A stretch of DNA of 64,000 nt from an uncultured Holophagales bacterium (GCA_963842525.1 CAWJGT010000009.1:480001-544000); one strand, 5' to 3'; positions 1-9,781 are shown, numbered from the stretch's first letter. Made by a program: numbers and translations. Notes: generated by a model not told the origin, from the letters alone.

Positions 1-466
1 AGGCGATGAGGAGGGTCCCGGTCGACAGGACGCCGCAGAAGACCACCACCCACCAGCCCGGGCCGTCGCCGATGTTGCCGCCGGCGAAGGAGAGCGTGAT
101 GCCGAGGAGAGCGCCGGCGATCGCCGGCGCCGCGGCCCGGTTGCCCCGCTCGATCACGTCATCCCGGGCGCCGAGCCCGAAGAACTGGAGGATGCGTGCC
201 CACACGCCGACCCAGGCGGCGCCCATGGCCATGTAGAAGGACAGATAAAACCCACTGTCCTGCACGTCGAAGGAGGCGTACCGGCGGAGGATCCAGAAGA
301 GCAGGGCGGCGCAGGCGAAGGGCGTCACGGCCAACAGCCAGCGCTCGCGGAGCCCCGCGCTCCGGCGAGCCACGGCCAGGACGTCGCGGAACCAGACGAT
401 CCAGAGGCCGATGGCAAGGCCCACACACACAACCAGCGTGAATATTTCGCCTTCGGATATGATCAC
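1..466 (-). CDS. Membrane protein (DUF350-like), 3' end runs off the window
   Basis: Hand translation from GTG at 466: MIISEGEIFTLVVCVGLAIGLWIVWFRDV...DDVIERGNRAAA...AGGNIGDGPGWWVVVF; several hydrophobic helices; open to the window edge; not in the ORF track. Confidence 0.65.
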   Translation of the reverse strand, partial: MIISEGEIFTLVVCVGLAIGLWIVWFRDVLAVARRSAGLRERWLLAVTPFACAALLFWILRRYASFDVQDSGFYLSFYMAMGAAWVGVWARILQFFGLGARDDVIERGNRAAAPAIAGALLGITLSFAGGNIGDGPGWWVVVFCGVLSTGTLLIA

Positions 467-556
467 GATCTGCCCCCCGGCGGCGAGCGCCCTCCTGGTT
501 TTCGAATCTGCGGAGGAGCGCAGGAAGGGTAGCCGGAGCGGGGCCGACGGGTCAAG

Positions 557-762
557 ACCTCACCCCCTGTCCCCCTCTCCCATCGCCCCCCCACCGACCG
601 GGAGAGGGGGGACGTAGCTGGAGCTTGGAGGCGAGGTCGAGGTTTTCTTGAGACCGAAAGCCTCTGAGGAGAGGCTGCCAGCTATCCCCTCAGAGCACCA
701 ACCACGTTCCCCCTCTCCCGGGGGCAGGGGGGGCGATGGGAGAGGGGGACAGGGGGTGAGGC
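557..762. repeat. Inverted pair of REP-like palindromes (CCTCACCCCC...GGGAGAGGGG family)
   Basis: cctcaccccctgtccccctctcccatcgcccccc near 557-592 is the reverse complement of ggggggcgatgggagagggggacagggggtgagg near 728-762; each arm also forms a ccctctccc/gggagaggg hairpin. Confidence 0.8.
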
Positions 763-2202
763 CTACCCCAGCTTCGTCTCGATCTCCCCGATCGAGGCCT
801 CGATCTCCTGGAGCCGCTGGCGCTTCGAAGCCAGCTTGGTGCCGACGTCCGAGATCTTCCCTTCCAGGCCGGTGCGGATCTCGTCCGACCGCGGCCCCGG
901 CCGCAGGTCGGCGAGGGTGCCCTGCCAGCGCGCGATGTTCTCCTCGTCGCGGCCGATCGACTCGCGCAGGCGCTCCACCTGGCCGCGCTTGCGCTCCAGC
1001 GTCTCGCGGAGCTGCTCGCGCCACTCGCCCTGCCACTCCGCGCGCTCCTGGTTGCGCTGGTCGAACCAGGCCTTCTGCCGTTCGAAAAAGACGTCGATGG
1101 CGGCGCGGAACCGCTTCCAGATGGCGTCGGCCTTGTTCTGCGGCACCGGACCGGCGGCCTTCCATTCGGCCTGCAGGGCCTTGATCGCTTCCGAGGTCGC
1201 CTTCCACTGCGTGGACTGGCTGAGCTCTTCGGCCTGGACGCAGAGCGCTTCCTTCTGCCGCAGGTTCTCGACCTGTTCCTTGCGCTGCGTCGAGTAGTGC
1301 TCGGAGCGGCGCCCGAAGAAGTCGTCGGCCGCCTGGCGGAAGCGCTGCCAGATGGCTTCGGAGTGCTCCCGCGGCACGGGGCCGACCGCCTTCCATTCGG
1401 CCTGCAGCGTCTTGAAGGCCTCGGCCGTGGATTTCCACTGCGTGGACTGGCCGAGCTCCTCGGCCCGGACGCAGAGGGCCTCCTTCTGCCGCAGGTTCTC
1501 CTCCTGCTGCTGTCCCAGGTCCTGCTGGCGCTGCTGCCGGCGCTCGAAGAAGGTGTTGCCGGCCTTGCGGAACCGCTGCCAGAGCTCCTGCGAGCGGTCC
1601 TGGGGCACGGCGCCGATGGTCTTCCACTGGGCCTGGAGGGATTTGATCTCCTCGGCTGCGGCCTTCCACTCCTCCGACGTGCTCAGCTCCTCGGCGCGCA
1701 CGACGAGGGCCTCCTTGCTCTGCAGGTTCTCCTCGAGCTGCTGGCGGGAGAGGGCTTCGAGGGCGTCGAGGCGCGCGGCGAGGCCGTCGGACTCCTCCAG
1801 AGGCAGCCGTGCGAGCTGCTCCCGGAGGGCCTGGAGACGCCGCACGTAGCGGGTCTTGTCCTGGGCTTCCGCGATCTGGCGCTCGAGGGCCTCGATGCGC
1901 GCGGCGATCTGTCCGGCGTCGGCCGGGGCACCGGGCACCTCGGCCATCTCGTCGGTCGGCGCGGCCTCGGCGGGCTCGCCGCCGCCGGCTTCGTCGTGGA
2001 CGGGGACAGGCTCCTCGGGGCCGATCTCCTCGGCCTCCTCGGCGCCGGCCATGTGGTGGTTGTCGGGCTCGGGGAGGGTCTCACCCTCTGTGGCGCCTTC
2101 TGCGGCGCCCTCTGTGGCCTCTTCAGGAGGAGCGAAGAGCGCCATCTCGGGGGTGGATTCCTGTTCCGGGGTCGGGTCTTGGTGGTTTTCGTGGTCGGAC
2201 AT
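763..2202 (-). CDS. DUF349 domain-containing protein
   Basis: Three repeats of ENLxxKEALxxxAEEL...WK...LQAxWKxxGxVP...(L/I)WxRFRxA; acidic N-terminus; coiled-coil C-terminus. Confidence 0.88.
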   Translation of the reverse strand: MSDHENHQDPTPEQESTPEMALFAPPEEATEGAAEGATEGETLPEPDNHHMAGAEEAEEIGPEEPVPVHDEAGGGEPAEAAPTDEMAEVPGAPADAGQIAARIEALERQIAEAQDKTRYVRRLQALREQLARLPLEESDGLAARLDALEALSRQQLEENLQSKEALVVRAEELSTSEEWKAAAEEIKSLQAQWKTIGAVPQDRSQELWQRFRKAGNTFFERRQQRQQDLGQQQEENLRQKEALCVRAEELGQSTQWKSTAEAFKTLQAEWKAVGPVPREHSEAIWQRFRQAADDFFGRRSEHYSTQRKEQVENLRQKEALCVQAEELSQSTQWKATSEAIKALQAEWKAAGPVPQNKADAIWKRFRAAIDVFFERQKAWFDQRNQERAEWQGEWREQLRETLERKRGQVERLRESIGRDEENIARWQGTLADLRPGPRSDEIRTGLEGKISDVGTKLASKRQRLQEIEASIGEIETKLG

Positions 2203-2309
2203 ACGGCTCCTCGTGCTTCGGGACCCTAGAAAGATATCGCAAAGTCCCTCTGCGTGGGCTCGGAGGCTTGGTGGCGGCGTTGTGGTCGTCCTTCGGAATA
2301 TTCGGTTCG

Positions 2310-4562
2310 TCAGGCCGTGCAGCGCACGACGAGCTCGTCTCCTTCGCGGTCGACCACCACCGTGCCGCCGGATTGGAGCTTGCCGAAGAGCAGCTCGTCC
2401 GTGAGCGGCCTCTTGATGGTGTCTTCGACGACGCGGGCGAGCGGCCTGGCGCCGAAAGCGGGATCGTACCCTTTCTCGGCCAGCAGCGTGCGCGCGGCCT
2501 GCGTCAGCTCGATCCGCACTTTCTTGCCGGCGAGCTGGACGCCGAGCTGGCGGATGAATTTCTCGACGATCTGCTCCATGACCGCCGGGTTCAGGGCATG
2601 GAACTGGATGCGGGCGTCGAGCCGGTTGCGGAACTCCGGGCTGAACAGCCGCTCGATCGCCTTGTCGCCGTCAGCGAGCCGGGTCGCGCCCATCTCGTCG
2701 CCGAACCCGAGGCCGCGCTGGGCCATCTCGCGGGCGCCGACGTTCGAGGTCATCAGCAGGATCACGTGCCGGAAGTCGGCCTGCTTGCCGTTGGTGTCGG
2801 TCAGGGTGCCGTGGTCCATCACCTGGAGGAGGATGTTGAACACGTCCTCGTGCGCCTTCTCGATCTCGTCGAGCAGCAGCACGGCGTGCGGGTTCTTCGA
2901 CACCGCCTCGGTCAGCAGGCCGCCGCGGTCGTAGCCGACGTAGCCCGGCGGGGCGCCGACCAGGCGGGACACGCTGTGGCGCTCCATGTACTCGCTCATG
3001 TCGAAGCGGAGGAAGGAGATCCCCATCACCTCGGCGAGCTGCTTGGCGACCTCGGTCTTGCCGACGCCGGTGGGGCCGGTGAGCAGGAAGCAGCCGACCG
3101 GCTTCTGCGGATCGCGCAGCCCGGCGCGGGCGACCTTGATCGCCGAGGTGAGGCGGTCGATGGCGTCGTCCTGGCCGAAGACGACCTTCTTGAGCTCGGT
3201 CTCCAGCAGGCGGAGCTGCTCGCGCTCGTCGCCCTTGACCTGGCGCGCTGGGATCTGCGCCATGGTGGCGAGCACGGTCTCGACGTCGCCCAGGGTGACC
3301 CGCTTCTGGCGGCGCAGGGCCACGGCGGCACCGGCCTCGTCGAGCAGGTCGATCGCCTTGTCCGGCAGGCGCCGGTCGCGCAGGTAGCGGGAGGCCATCT
3401 CCACGGCGCCGCGGATCGCCGGCTGGGTGTAGCGCACTCCGTGGTGGGCCTCGTAGCGGTCGCGCAGCCCTTCGAAGATCTTGACCGTGTCGTCGACCGA
3501 GGTCTCGGCGATCTCGACCTTCTGGAAGCGGCGGGCGAGCGCCTGGTCGCGCTGGAAGGTCTGGCGGAACTCCTCCCAGGTGGTGGCGCCGATGCAGCGC
3601 AGCCGCCCATCCTGGAGGGCGGGCTTGAGCAGGTTCGAAGCGTCCATGGTGCCGTGGCCGGCGCTGCCCGCGCCGACGACGGTGTGGATCTCGTCGATGA
3701 AGAGGATCGGGCTCTCCACCTCGTCGAGGGCGGCGAGCACGGCCTTCAGCCGGTTCTCGAAGTCGCCGCGGTAGCGGGTGCCCGCGAGCAGCGACCCGAG
3801 GTCGAGGCGGAAGACCCGCGACTTCAGGAAGGGCTCCGGCACGTCGCCGCCGGCGATCTTGAGCGCCAGCCCCTCGACCAGGGCGGTCTTGCCGACGCCG
3901 GGATCGCCGACGTAGATCGGGTTGTTCTTGCGCCGCCGCTGCAGGATGTGGAGGGTGCGCAGGAGCTCCTTCTCGCGGCCGATCAGCGGGTCGATGGCCC
4001 CCTTGCGCGCCAGCTCGGTCAGGTCCTGGGCGAAGGCGGCGAGGGCGTCGTCGCCGGTTGCCTGCCGGTCCCGCTCCTCGTCCTCGTCCTCGTAGCCCGT
4101 GGGGATCGGCGTGCCGTGGACCGGCTGGAGCTTGGAGACGCCGTGGGCCAGGTAGCTGACGATGTCGAGGCGGTTCACCCCCTCGGCCTCCAGCATGTCC
4201 ACCGCATAGCACTCGGGCTCGTCGTAGAGGGCGACGAGGACGTCCGAGCTGCGCACCTCGTCGCGACCGGCGTGCTCGGCGCGCAGGGCGGCCCGGGCAA
4301 GGGCCCGCTGGGCGCCGAGGGAAAGGCGCGGCCGGACGTCCTCGTCGAGCTCGACGCTCTCGAGGACCTCGTCGAAGTACTCGGTGAGGTGCTCCTGGAT
4401 GATCTGGAGGTCGGCGCCGGCGTTGCGCAGCACCCGGGAGGCCTCCTCGTCGAAGGTCAGGGCGTAGAGGATGTGCTCCAGCCCGGCGTATTCATGGCCG
4501 AGGCGGCCGGCCTCGGTCATGGCCACCTCGAGAGAGATCTGCAGATCCCGCGAAAGCTTCAT
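2310..4562 (-). CDS. clpA: ATP-dependent Clp protease ATP-binding subunit ClpA
   Basis: Clp N-domain, two AAA modules (GDPGVGKT, GPTGVGKT), FDMSEYMERH, GAPPGYVG, GARPL; no ClpB middle domain; directly downstream of clpS. Confidence 0.95.
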   Translation of the reverse strand: MKLSRDLQISLEVAMTEAGRLGHEYAGLEHILYALTFDEEASRVLRNAGADLQIIQEHLTEYFDEVLESVELDEDVRPRLSLGAQRALARAALRAEHAGRDEVRSSDVLVALYDEPECYAVDMLEAEGVNRLDIVSYLAHGVSKLQPVHGTPIPTGYEDEDEERDRQATGDDALAAFAQDLTELARKGAIDPLIGREKELLRTLHILQRRRKNNPIYVGDPGVGKTALVEGLALKIAGGDVPEPFLKSRVFRLDLGSLLAGTRYRGDFENRLKAVLAALDEVESPILFIDEIHTVVGAGSAGHGTMDASNLLKPALQDGRLRCIGATTWEEFRQTFQRDQALARRFQKVEIAETSVDDTVKIFEGLRDRYEAHHGVRYTQPAIRGAVEMASRYLRDRRLPDKAIDLLDEAGAAVALRRQKRVTLGDVETVLATMAQIPARQVKGDEREQLRLLETELKKVVFGQDDAIDRLTSAIKVARAGLRDPQKPVGCFLLTGPTGVGKTEVAKQLAEVMGISFLRFDMSEYMERHSVSRLVGAPPGYVGYDRGGLLTEAVSKNPHAVLLLDEIEKAHEDVFNILLQVMDHGTLTDTNGKQADFRHVILLMTSNVGAREMAQRGLGFGDEMGATRLADGDKAIERLFSPEFRNRLDARIQFHALNPAVMEQIVEKFIRQLGVQLAGKKVRIELTQAARTLLAEKGYDPAFGARPLARVVEDTIKRPLTDELLFGKLQSGGTVVVDREGDELVVRCTA

Positions 4563-4894
4563 TCGTCAGTGTCCTCGGCGGGCCGGGCCTCCAGGCGAAG
4601 GGGCATCCCGTTCTCCCGCGCGTCGGCGGTGACCTCGGCGACCTTGGTCTCCGCCACGTCCCGTGGATAGATCCCCGCGACGCCGACCCCGTGATGATGC
4701 ACCTGGAGCATGACGTGGGTGGCTTCGGCGGGTGCCTTCCTGAAGTACTTCATCAGGACGTACACGACGAAGTCCATCGTCGTGTACTCGTCATTGTAGA
4801 TCAAGACCTTCCATCGCCGCGGGCGCTTTGTCTTCTTGCGCTCCTCGACGGCCAGGCCGGTGTCTCGTTCGGTCTCGAAGCGGGGTCGGGCCAT
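4559..4894 (-). CDS. clpS: ATP-dependent Clp protease adaptor ClpS
   Basis: WKVLIYNDEYTTMDFVV...VMLQVHHHGVGVAGIY..DVAETK; ATG at 4894; 4-bp overlap with clpA. Confidence 0.95.
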   Translation of the reverse strand: MARPRFETERDTGLAVEERKKTKRPRRWKVLIYNDEYTTMDFVVYVLMKYFRKAPAEATHVMLQVHHHGVGVAGIYPRDVAETKVAEVTADARENGMPLRLEARPAEDTDE

Positions 4895-5003
4895 AGATCC
4901 TTCAAATAATACTGGGGGTCTTCCCCTCGGCTCCCTTTGGTGCGATACTGAAGGCCTGATCCGAGTCACTGGACGCCACGACCTTGTGGTCACGAGACCG
5001 GCC

Positions 5004-5621
5004 ATGACACCGAACCCGACCTCTCCTAACCGTTCCGGGCCGACGGCCATTTCCGCGCGGTCCTACGTCATCCAGGGGGCATTCCCGGGCGGCGCTCCGC
5101 GCGTCGCCGTGGCGAACCAGCGGGGCCCGATCCAGCGCTCGCCGAACGGGACCAGCTTCCAGCTCCCTCCCAGCGTCTCCCTGGGGCGGGCGAGCGGCCA
5201 GCGGATGCCCGAGCCGGTGCAGCAGAAGATGGAGTCCTTCTTCGGCGCCGACTTCTCGGACGTGCGCATCCACGTCGGCGGGGAGGCCTCCTCGATCGGA
5301 GCGCTCGCCTTCACCCACGGCTCGAACATCTACTTTGCCCCGGGCCTCTACAACCCGGGCACGCCGCAGGGCATGCAGCTCCTCGGCCACGAGCTGACGC
5401 ACGTCGTGCAGCAGCGGGCCGGCCGGGTGCGCAACCCCTTCGGCTCGGGCGTCGCGGTCGTCCAGGACCCGCTGATGGAGGCCGAGGCCGAACGCATGGG
5501 CCTGCGCGCCGCCATGACCCCGAACCTGCCGGCCCAGGCCAAGATGGCCAACGGCTCCCGCCCGAGCCCGGTCGCCTCCGGCGGCAAGGCCGCCCACGTC
5601 CAGGCCGCGCTGGCGCGGTAA
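5004..5621 (+). CDS. DUF4157 (eCIS core / metallopeptidase-like) domain protein
   Basis: MESFFGADFSDVRIH...ALAFTHGSNIYF...LLGHELTHVVQQ...EAEAE; start uncertain. Confidence 0.85.
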   Translation: MTPNPTSPNRSGPTAISARSYVIQGAFPGGAPRVAVANQRGPIQRSPNGTSFQLPPSVSLGRASGQRMPEPVQQKMESFFGADFSDVRIHVGGEASSIGALAFTHGSNIYFAPGLYNPGTPQGMQLLGHELTHVVQQRAGRVRNPFGSGVAVVQDPLMEAEAERMGLRAAMTPNLPAQAKMANGSRPSPVASGGKAAHVQAALAR

Positions 5622-5660
5622 GCCCCTCCCCCGACCCCTCCCCCGCGCGTCCACCGCCCC

Positions 5661-5771
5661 CGTAGGGGCAACCCTTGTGGTTGCCCGCGGTCTTGCCACG
5701 TGGGCGGCCGATGTGCATTTTCCCACCGCAGGGGCAGGCGGTGCAGGGCAACCACAAGGGTTGCCCCTACG
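5661..5771. repeat. GTAG-type REP inverted pair (REPIN-like)
   Basis: Perfect 26-bp inverted repeat cgtaggggcaacccttgtggttgccc (5661-5686) / gggcaaccacaagggttgcccctacg (5746-5771) between convergent genes. Confidence 0.85.
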
Positions 5772-5802
5772 GGAGGGGATGGGACGCATCCCACCCCCTG
5801 CC

Positions 5803-6171
5803 TCAGGTTGGCTTGTAGAGGGCCAGATAGGCGGCGAGGGCGCCGAGGACGGGGAGGACCCACCAAAGCAGGCCGGTGAGGTTGGGGGCCCGGCGGATGA
5901 GGACGATCACGGCTCCCAACGCGAGCCAGATCACCAGCTTGAGCCAGAGCCAGAGCGGCCAGATGGCCGGGTTCGAGAGCGCGAGCCTCGCGAGCATCCC
6001 GAAGCCGCTCACCAGCAGGACCACCAGCCCGAGCCCGTGGGTCATCCCGGCGAGCTTGCGCCCGGCCGGCGTCCCGTCCCGGTCGCGCGCCGCGAGCAGC
6101 ATCGCGCCCAGCGCGGTGAAGAGGAACAGGGTTCCCAGCACGTGCAGCACCTTGTATGCGGCAAGACTCAT
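5803..6171 (-). CDS. Small four-helix membrane protein (SirB2-like)
   Basis: YKVLHVLG...THGLGLVVLLVSGFGML...WLWLKLVIW; four hydrophobic segments. Confidence 0.7.
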   Translation of the reverse strand: MSLAAYKVLHVLGTLFLFTALGAMLLAARDRDGTPAGRKLAGMTHGLGLVVLLVSGFGMLARLALSNPAIWPLWLWLKLVIWLALGAVIVLIRRAPNLTGLLWWVLPVLGALAAYLALYKPT

Positions 6172-6216
6172 CTTCGCGTCCTCCTCCCAAAGGTCAGCCG
6201 ATCGTGAGCGTCCATT

Positions 6217-8106
6217 CTATGGCGCCGCGAGCGTTTCTTCGAGGGCCTTGTGGGATTCGGTGTGCCGGGGCTCGATCTCCAGGGCGCGGCGCCAGCAGGA
6301 CACGGCCTCATCCTGCCGGCCCTGGGCGGCGCGGATCTCGCCGAGGCGGAACCAGGCGGCGACCAGGTTCGGCCGGGCGGCGAGCGCGCGTTGGAGGTGC
6401 CTTTCGGCCTCCGCGATCCGGCCGTTGACGAACAGCAGCCGCCCCAGGTTGTACTCCGCCTCCGCCCGGCCGGGCGCCGTGGCGACGAGCTGTTGCAGCA
6501 GCGCGATCGCCTCGTCCGCTTTCCCCTGGCCGGCGCGCGCCAGGGCGAGCCATTCCAGGGCCTGGAGATGCCCCGGGCTCCGTGCCAGCACCCCTGCGAG
6601 CGTCCGCTCGGCGTCGGCGAAGCGGCGCAGCCGGAGCTGCCCCTCGGCGAGGTCCAGCCACGGATCGATCTCGGCGGGTTGCGCCGCCGCGAGCATCTTC
6701 TCCAGATACCGCACCGCCTCCTCGCTCCGGACCGCCCGCACGACCGCCGCCGCCCGGTAGACCTCTCCCAGGGGTCCCGGCGCCGAGCCGGGCTCGAGGA
6801 GCCGCACGCCGGTGAGCACGGGCTCCCGCTCGGCCCGCGGAGCCAGCAGCTCGGGCCCTCCCGGCTGCCGCTGGATCCGATGATCGGTCATCACCACCTT
6901 GACCACGTCCTGCGTTCGCCGTTTCGGCATGTGGCAGGACGTGCAGTCAGCCGCCTTGCCATGGTCGTCCGCCTTCTTCGCCTCTTCCGGACAGGCCTCT
7001 TCCTGATGGCAGGTGAGGCAGGCGCGGCGGTAGTGCTCCGCCTTGTAGCTCGCGGGCACTTTGCGGTGCGGGTCGTGGCAGGTGAGGCATGTCAGGGCGC
7101 CTGCGCTCTCGGTCCAGCAGAGGCTCTGCCGCAGGCGGTAGGGATGGTGGTTGATCTCGAAGCGCTCGGCAGCGGGTTGCCCTTCTTCCTCGATGTCGAT
7201 TTGCACCAGGTAGTCGGAGATCGGCTCGCCGGGCCGGAAGGAGAAGTCGGCCCGGCCGAAGCGGCGCAGCCCGGGGAGGGCGACCGACGGCTGGAGATGG
7301 CAGCCGAGGCAGACCTCGTCGCGCCGCGGCGCCGGCAGCCGGCCCGGGTTGAAGATGCTCGCCCGCAGCTCGCTGCGCAGGCCGATCCCGCCGAGCGCCA
7401 GCCCCACGTGCCCGGCCCCAGGGCCGTGGCAGCGCTGGCAGCCGATCCCCTCGGGCAGCCGTTCCGGGAAGGCCTGCGGCGCCTCGTAGGCGTCGCTCCC
7501 CGCCGGCATGTCCGGATAGGAGTTGTGGCAGAAGATGCATTCGCGCCGCACCCGCCGGAGCACCCCCTCGTGGTCCGGCCGGTCGAAGCCGGGGGCCATG
7601 CCCCAGCTCCGGGTCTGGCCGTACCAGGCGAGCGGGAGCTGGTAGAGCTCGCCGCCCGCGGTCCGGTAGAGATAGGTGCGGGCATGGTTGCCCGAGCCCA
7701 GGATCCAGTCCACCGGCTGCTCGAAGAGGTGGACCGGCCGGCCCTCGGCATCGGTCTGCCAGCGCCGGAACAGGAGCTGGCCGTCGCGGCGGACGATCTG
7801 CATCGACTGCGCCGAGAGGGCGTGGACGAAGGGCGGCGCGGAGAAGTCCTCGATATCGGTCTCCGGCCGCGGGCGGTAGAAGGAGCGCCCCATGCCCTTC
7901 TCGCGGTAGCTCGCCGCGAGGTCCGTGTGACAGAGGGCGCAGGCCGCGTCGTCCACATACCCCGGCGCGGTGCCGCCGGTTACAGGGAAGCCGAAGGAGG
8001 CGAGGTCGGAGGTGAGGGACGGCGCATCCTCGGCAGACGGGATGCGGCTCTGTCCGAGGAGGCAGAGCGAGAGGAGCCCGAGGTAGACCGCCGGCTTGCG
8101 GGGCAT
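6217..8106 (-). CDS. Secreted multiheme c-type cytochrome with C-terminal TPR repeats
   Basis: Signal peptide; seven CxxCH motifs (CALCH, CIFCH, CQRCH, CLGCH, CLTCH x2, CTSCH); TPR-like repeats (AEYNLGRLL, AWFRLGEI). Confidence 0.88.
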   Translation of the reverse strand: MPRKPAVYLGLLSLCLLGQSRIPSAEDAPSLTSDLASFGFPVTGGTAPGYVDDAACALCHTDLAASYREKGMGRSFYRPRPETDIEDFSAPPFVHALSAQSMQIVRRDGQLLFRRWQTDAEGRPVHLFEQPVDWILGSGNHARTYLYRTAGGELYQLPLAWYGQTRSWGMAPGFDRPDHEGVLRRVRRECIFCHNSYPDMPAGSDAYEAPQAFPERLPEGIGCQRCHGPGAGHVGLALGGIGLRSELRASIFNPGRLPAPRRDEVCLGCHLQPSVALPGLRRFGRADFSFRPGEPISDYLVQIDIEEEGQPAAERFEINHHPYRLRQSLCWTESAGALTCLTCHDPHRKVPASYKAEHYRRACLTCHQEEACPEEAKKADDHGKAADCTSCHMPKRRTQDVVKVVMTDHRIQRQPGGPELLAPRAEREPVLTGVRLLEPGSAPGPLGEVYRAAAVVRAVRSEEAVRYLEKMLAAAQPAEIDPWLDLAEGQLRLRRFADAERTLAGVLARSPGHLQALEWLALARAGQGKADEAIALLQQLVATAPGRAEAEYNLGRLLFVNGRIAEAERHLQRALAARPNLVAAWFRLGEIRAAQGRQDEAVSCWRRALEIEPRHTESHKALEETLAAP

Positions 8107-8164
8107 GGTGTCGGGTAAATCATAGCACTTTGGGAATATGCGGCCGGCTTTTCCTCCGCCCTCC

Positions 8165-8226
8165 CAAGGACGACAAGGACACCAGGGACACCAAGGACGG
8201 TCGTCCCTGGTGTCCTTGTCGTCCTT
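8165..8226. repeat. 9-bp tandem repeat (CAAGGACAC-like) with inverted copies
   Basis: caaggacga caaggacac cagggacac caaggacgg followed by reverse-complement units; same unit at 30443-30478. Confidence 0.75.
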
Positions 8227-8236
8227 TCTGGCTTCC

Positions 8237-9736
8237 TCAGGGGAAGCAGCGTGAGAATTCCGAGGTGCCCCGGTTCGTGGTCGCCGTCGCCGTGAAGCGC
8301 CCGGCGAAGTAGATCGTGTTCCGGGTGACCAGCCAGGGCACGTTCTGTCCCGGCATCACCGACGTCGTGCCGACGTAGGTCCGCCCCTCGCCGTGATTCG
8401 ACGGATCGCAGGTGGGGCTGTAGAAGACCTCGACCGTGATCGGCTGTGTGCCTTGCTGGGTCATGGTGCCGAAGATCCACGTCCCTCCCAGGGTGGAGGT
8501 CACGGAGCCGACGACCGGGAAGTTGGGCGGCCAGGTGCGGCTGCCGGACGGGTCGTTGAGGGTCACCCCGGGGTCGGCGCGCTCGATGCCCAGGCCGCCG
8601 TTGCCGGAGATGCTGTTCATCGAGATCGTGCAGGCGTTGATGCCGGCATCGACCCCGTCGCCGGTGTTGAAGGCGATCGTGTTGCTGCGGATCTCGCAGG
8701 TCGCGCCGGCGAATTGCCCTCCGGCCACGAAGATGCCGTCGAGCAGGTTGGGCAGGCTGGTGCTGGCGCTCACACCGGTCCCGATGTAATTGCCGGTCAC
8801 CTCGTTGTTGACCGATTCGAGGACGATCCCGTGCCCGCGGTTGCCGGAGATCACGTTGCGCGAGCCGGCCGCCGTACCGCCGATCGTATTGGCGGGGGTG
8901 AGGGCCATCACGCCGGCCGTGTCGCTCGTGCTGTTGCCGTTGGGCACGGCCTGGCTGCCGGCGACGTCGGTCCCGATCAGGCAGTTGAGAATCGTATGGC
9001 CGCCGCCGCCGGTCTCGCCGATCACCTGGATGTCGTCGTTCGGTCCGCCTCCGGGGTGGTGGCATTGGCCGGGGTCGGACGGGAAGGCGGCCGGGCCGCA
9101 GGGGTCGATGGGGAAGCTCCCGGGATCCGGCCGGTCCGGCCGGCCCGGTGTGACGATGACGATGCCGTCGCCCTCCAGCGTGGTCAGCAGCACGCCGTTG
9201 CCGCTGAAGCCGTTGATGACCAGGCTCCTGAGCGTCGTGTAGCTGTCGATCACGACGATCCCGTGGACCGGCCCGAAGAAGCTCCAGATCTGGCTGCCGG
9301 AGATCTCGACGCGGGTGGCGCCGCCGGTCGCCCCGTCGATCGTCACGGCCTCGGTGATGCGCGGCAGCGACGTCCGGAGCTGGATCCGCGGCGTGCCCGC
9401 GGTCGTGCCGGAGCCGACGGCGAAGACGATCCGGTCGATGCCGTCCACGCGCAACGGGTTGGCCGCGACCACCCGGGGCCGCACACCGGCGGCGCATCCC
9501 GCCACCGGCAGGTTCGTGTTGGCCGCCTGGATGGCGTCCCGCAGCCTGCAGGGCGGGGGGCTTGGGTTTCCCGGGAAGGTGACGATGGCGCCGTCCCAGG
9601 TGCTGTTGACGGTGATGGTCGTACCCGGCGTTCCGGCGGGCTGCGCCTGCGCCGGCGTGGCGAGAGTGAGGGTGAGGGCCAGGGCGGCCGCTGTGGCGAG
9701 CCCGGCGCGTTGAAGGTGTCCGCTGCGATGCTGCAT
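8237..9736 (-). CDS. Secreted CSLREA-like / right-handed beta-helix protein
   Basis: Signal peptide; ITVNSTWD...CRLRDAIQAAN; NxIGG...RNVISGN, GNYIGT, NTIAFN repeats; C-terminal TATAT...TSEFS. Confidence 0.85.
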   Translation of the reverse strand: MQHRSGHLQRAGLATAAALALTLTLATPAQAQPAGTPGTTITVNSTWDGAIVTFPGNPSPPPCRLRDAIQAANTNLPVAGCAAGVRPRVVAANPLRVDGIDRIVFAVGSGTTAGTPRIQLRTSLPRITEAVTIDGATGGATRVEISGSQIWSFFGPVHGIVVIDSYTTLRSLVINGFSGNGVLLTTLEGDGIVIVTPGRPDRPDPGSFPIDPCGPAAFPSDPGQCHHPGGGPNDDIQVIGETGGGGHTILNCLIGTDVAGSQAVPNGNSTSDTAGVMALTPANTIGGTAAGSRNVISGNRGHGIVLESVNNEVTGNYIGTGVSASTSLPNLLDGIFVAGGQFAGATCEIRSNTIAFNTGDGVDAGINACTISMNSISGNGGLGIERADPGVTLNDPSGSRTWPPNFPVVGSVTSTLGGTWIFGTMTQQGTQPITVEVFYSPTCDPSNHGEGRTYVGTTSVMPGQNVPWLVTRNTIYFAGRFTATATTNRGTSEFSRCFP

Positions 9737-9742
9737 GTGTGT

Positions 9743-9781
9743 CCTCCTTGTGTCGTCTCCGGATGAGGCGACACAAGGAGG
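9743..9781. promoter_or_regulatory. 17-bp dyad overlapping the Shine-Dalgarno of the 8237-9736 gene
   Basis: cctccttgtgtcgtctc-cggat-gaggcgacacaaggagg; on the minus-strand mRNA the 3' arm contains AAGGAGG just upstream of the ATG. Confidence 0.55.

Noticed and set aside
1809-4670. Long antisense ORFs opposite clpA and many other genes
   Set aside because: Expected in high-GC DNA with strong codon bias; no recognisable motifs.
8165-8226. Short repeats here and at 30443 and 51160-51210 as CRISPR arrays
   Set aside because: 9-bp contiguous units with no unique spacers and no cas genes.
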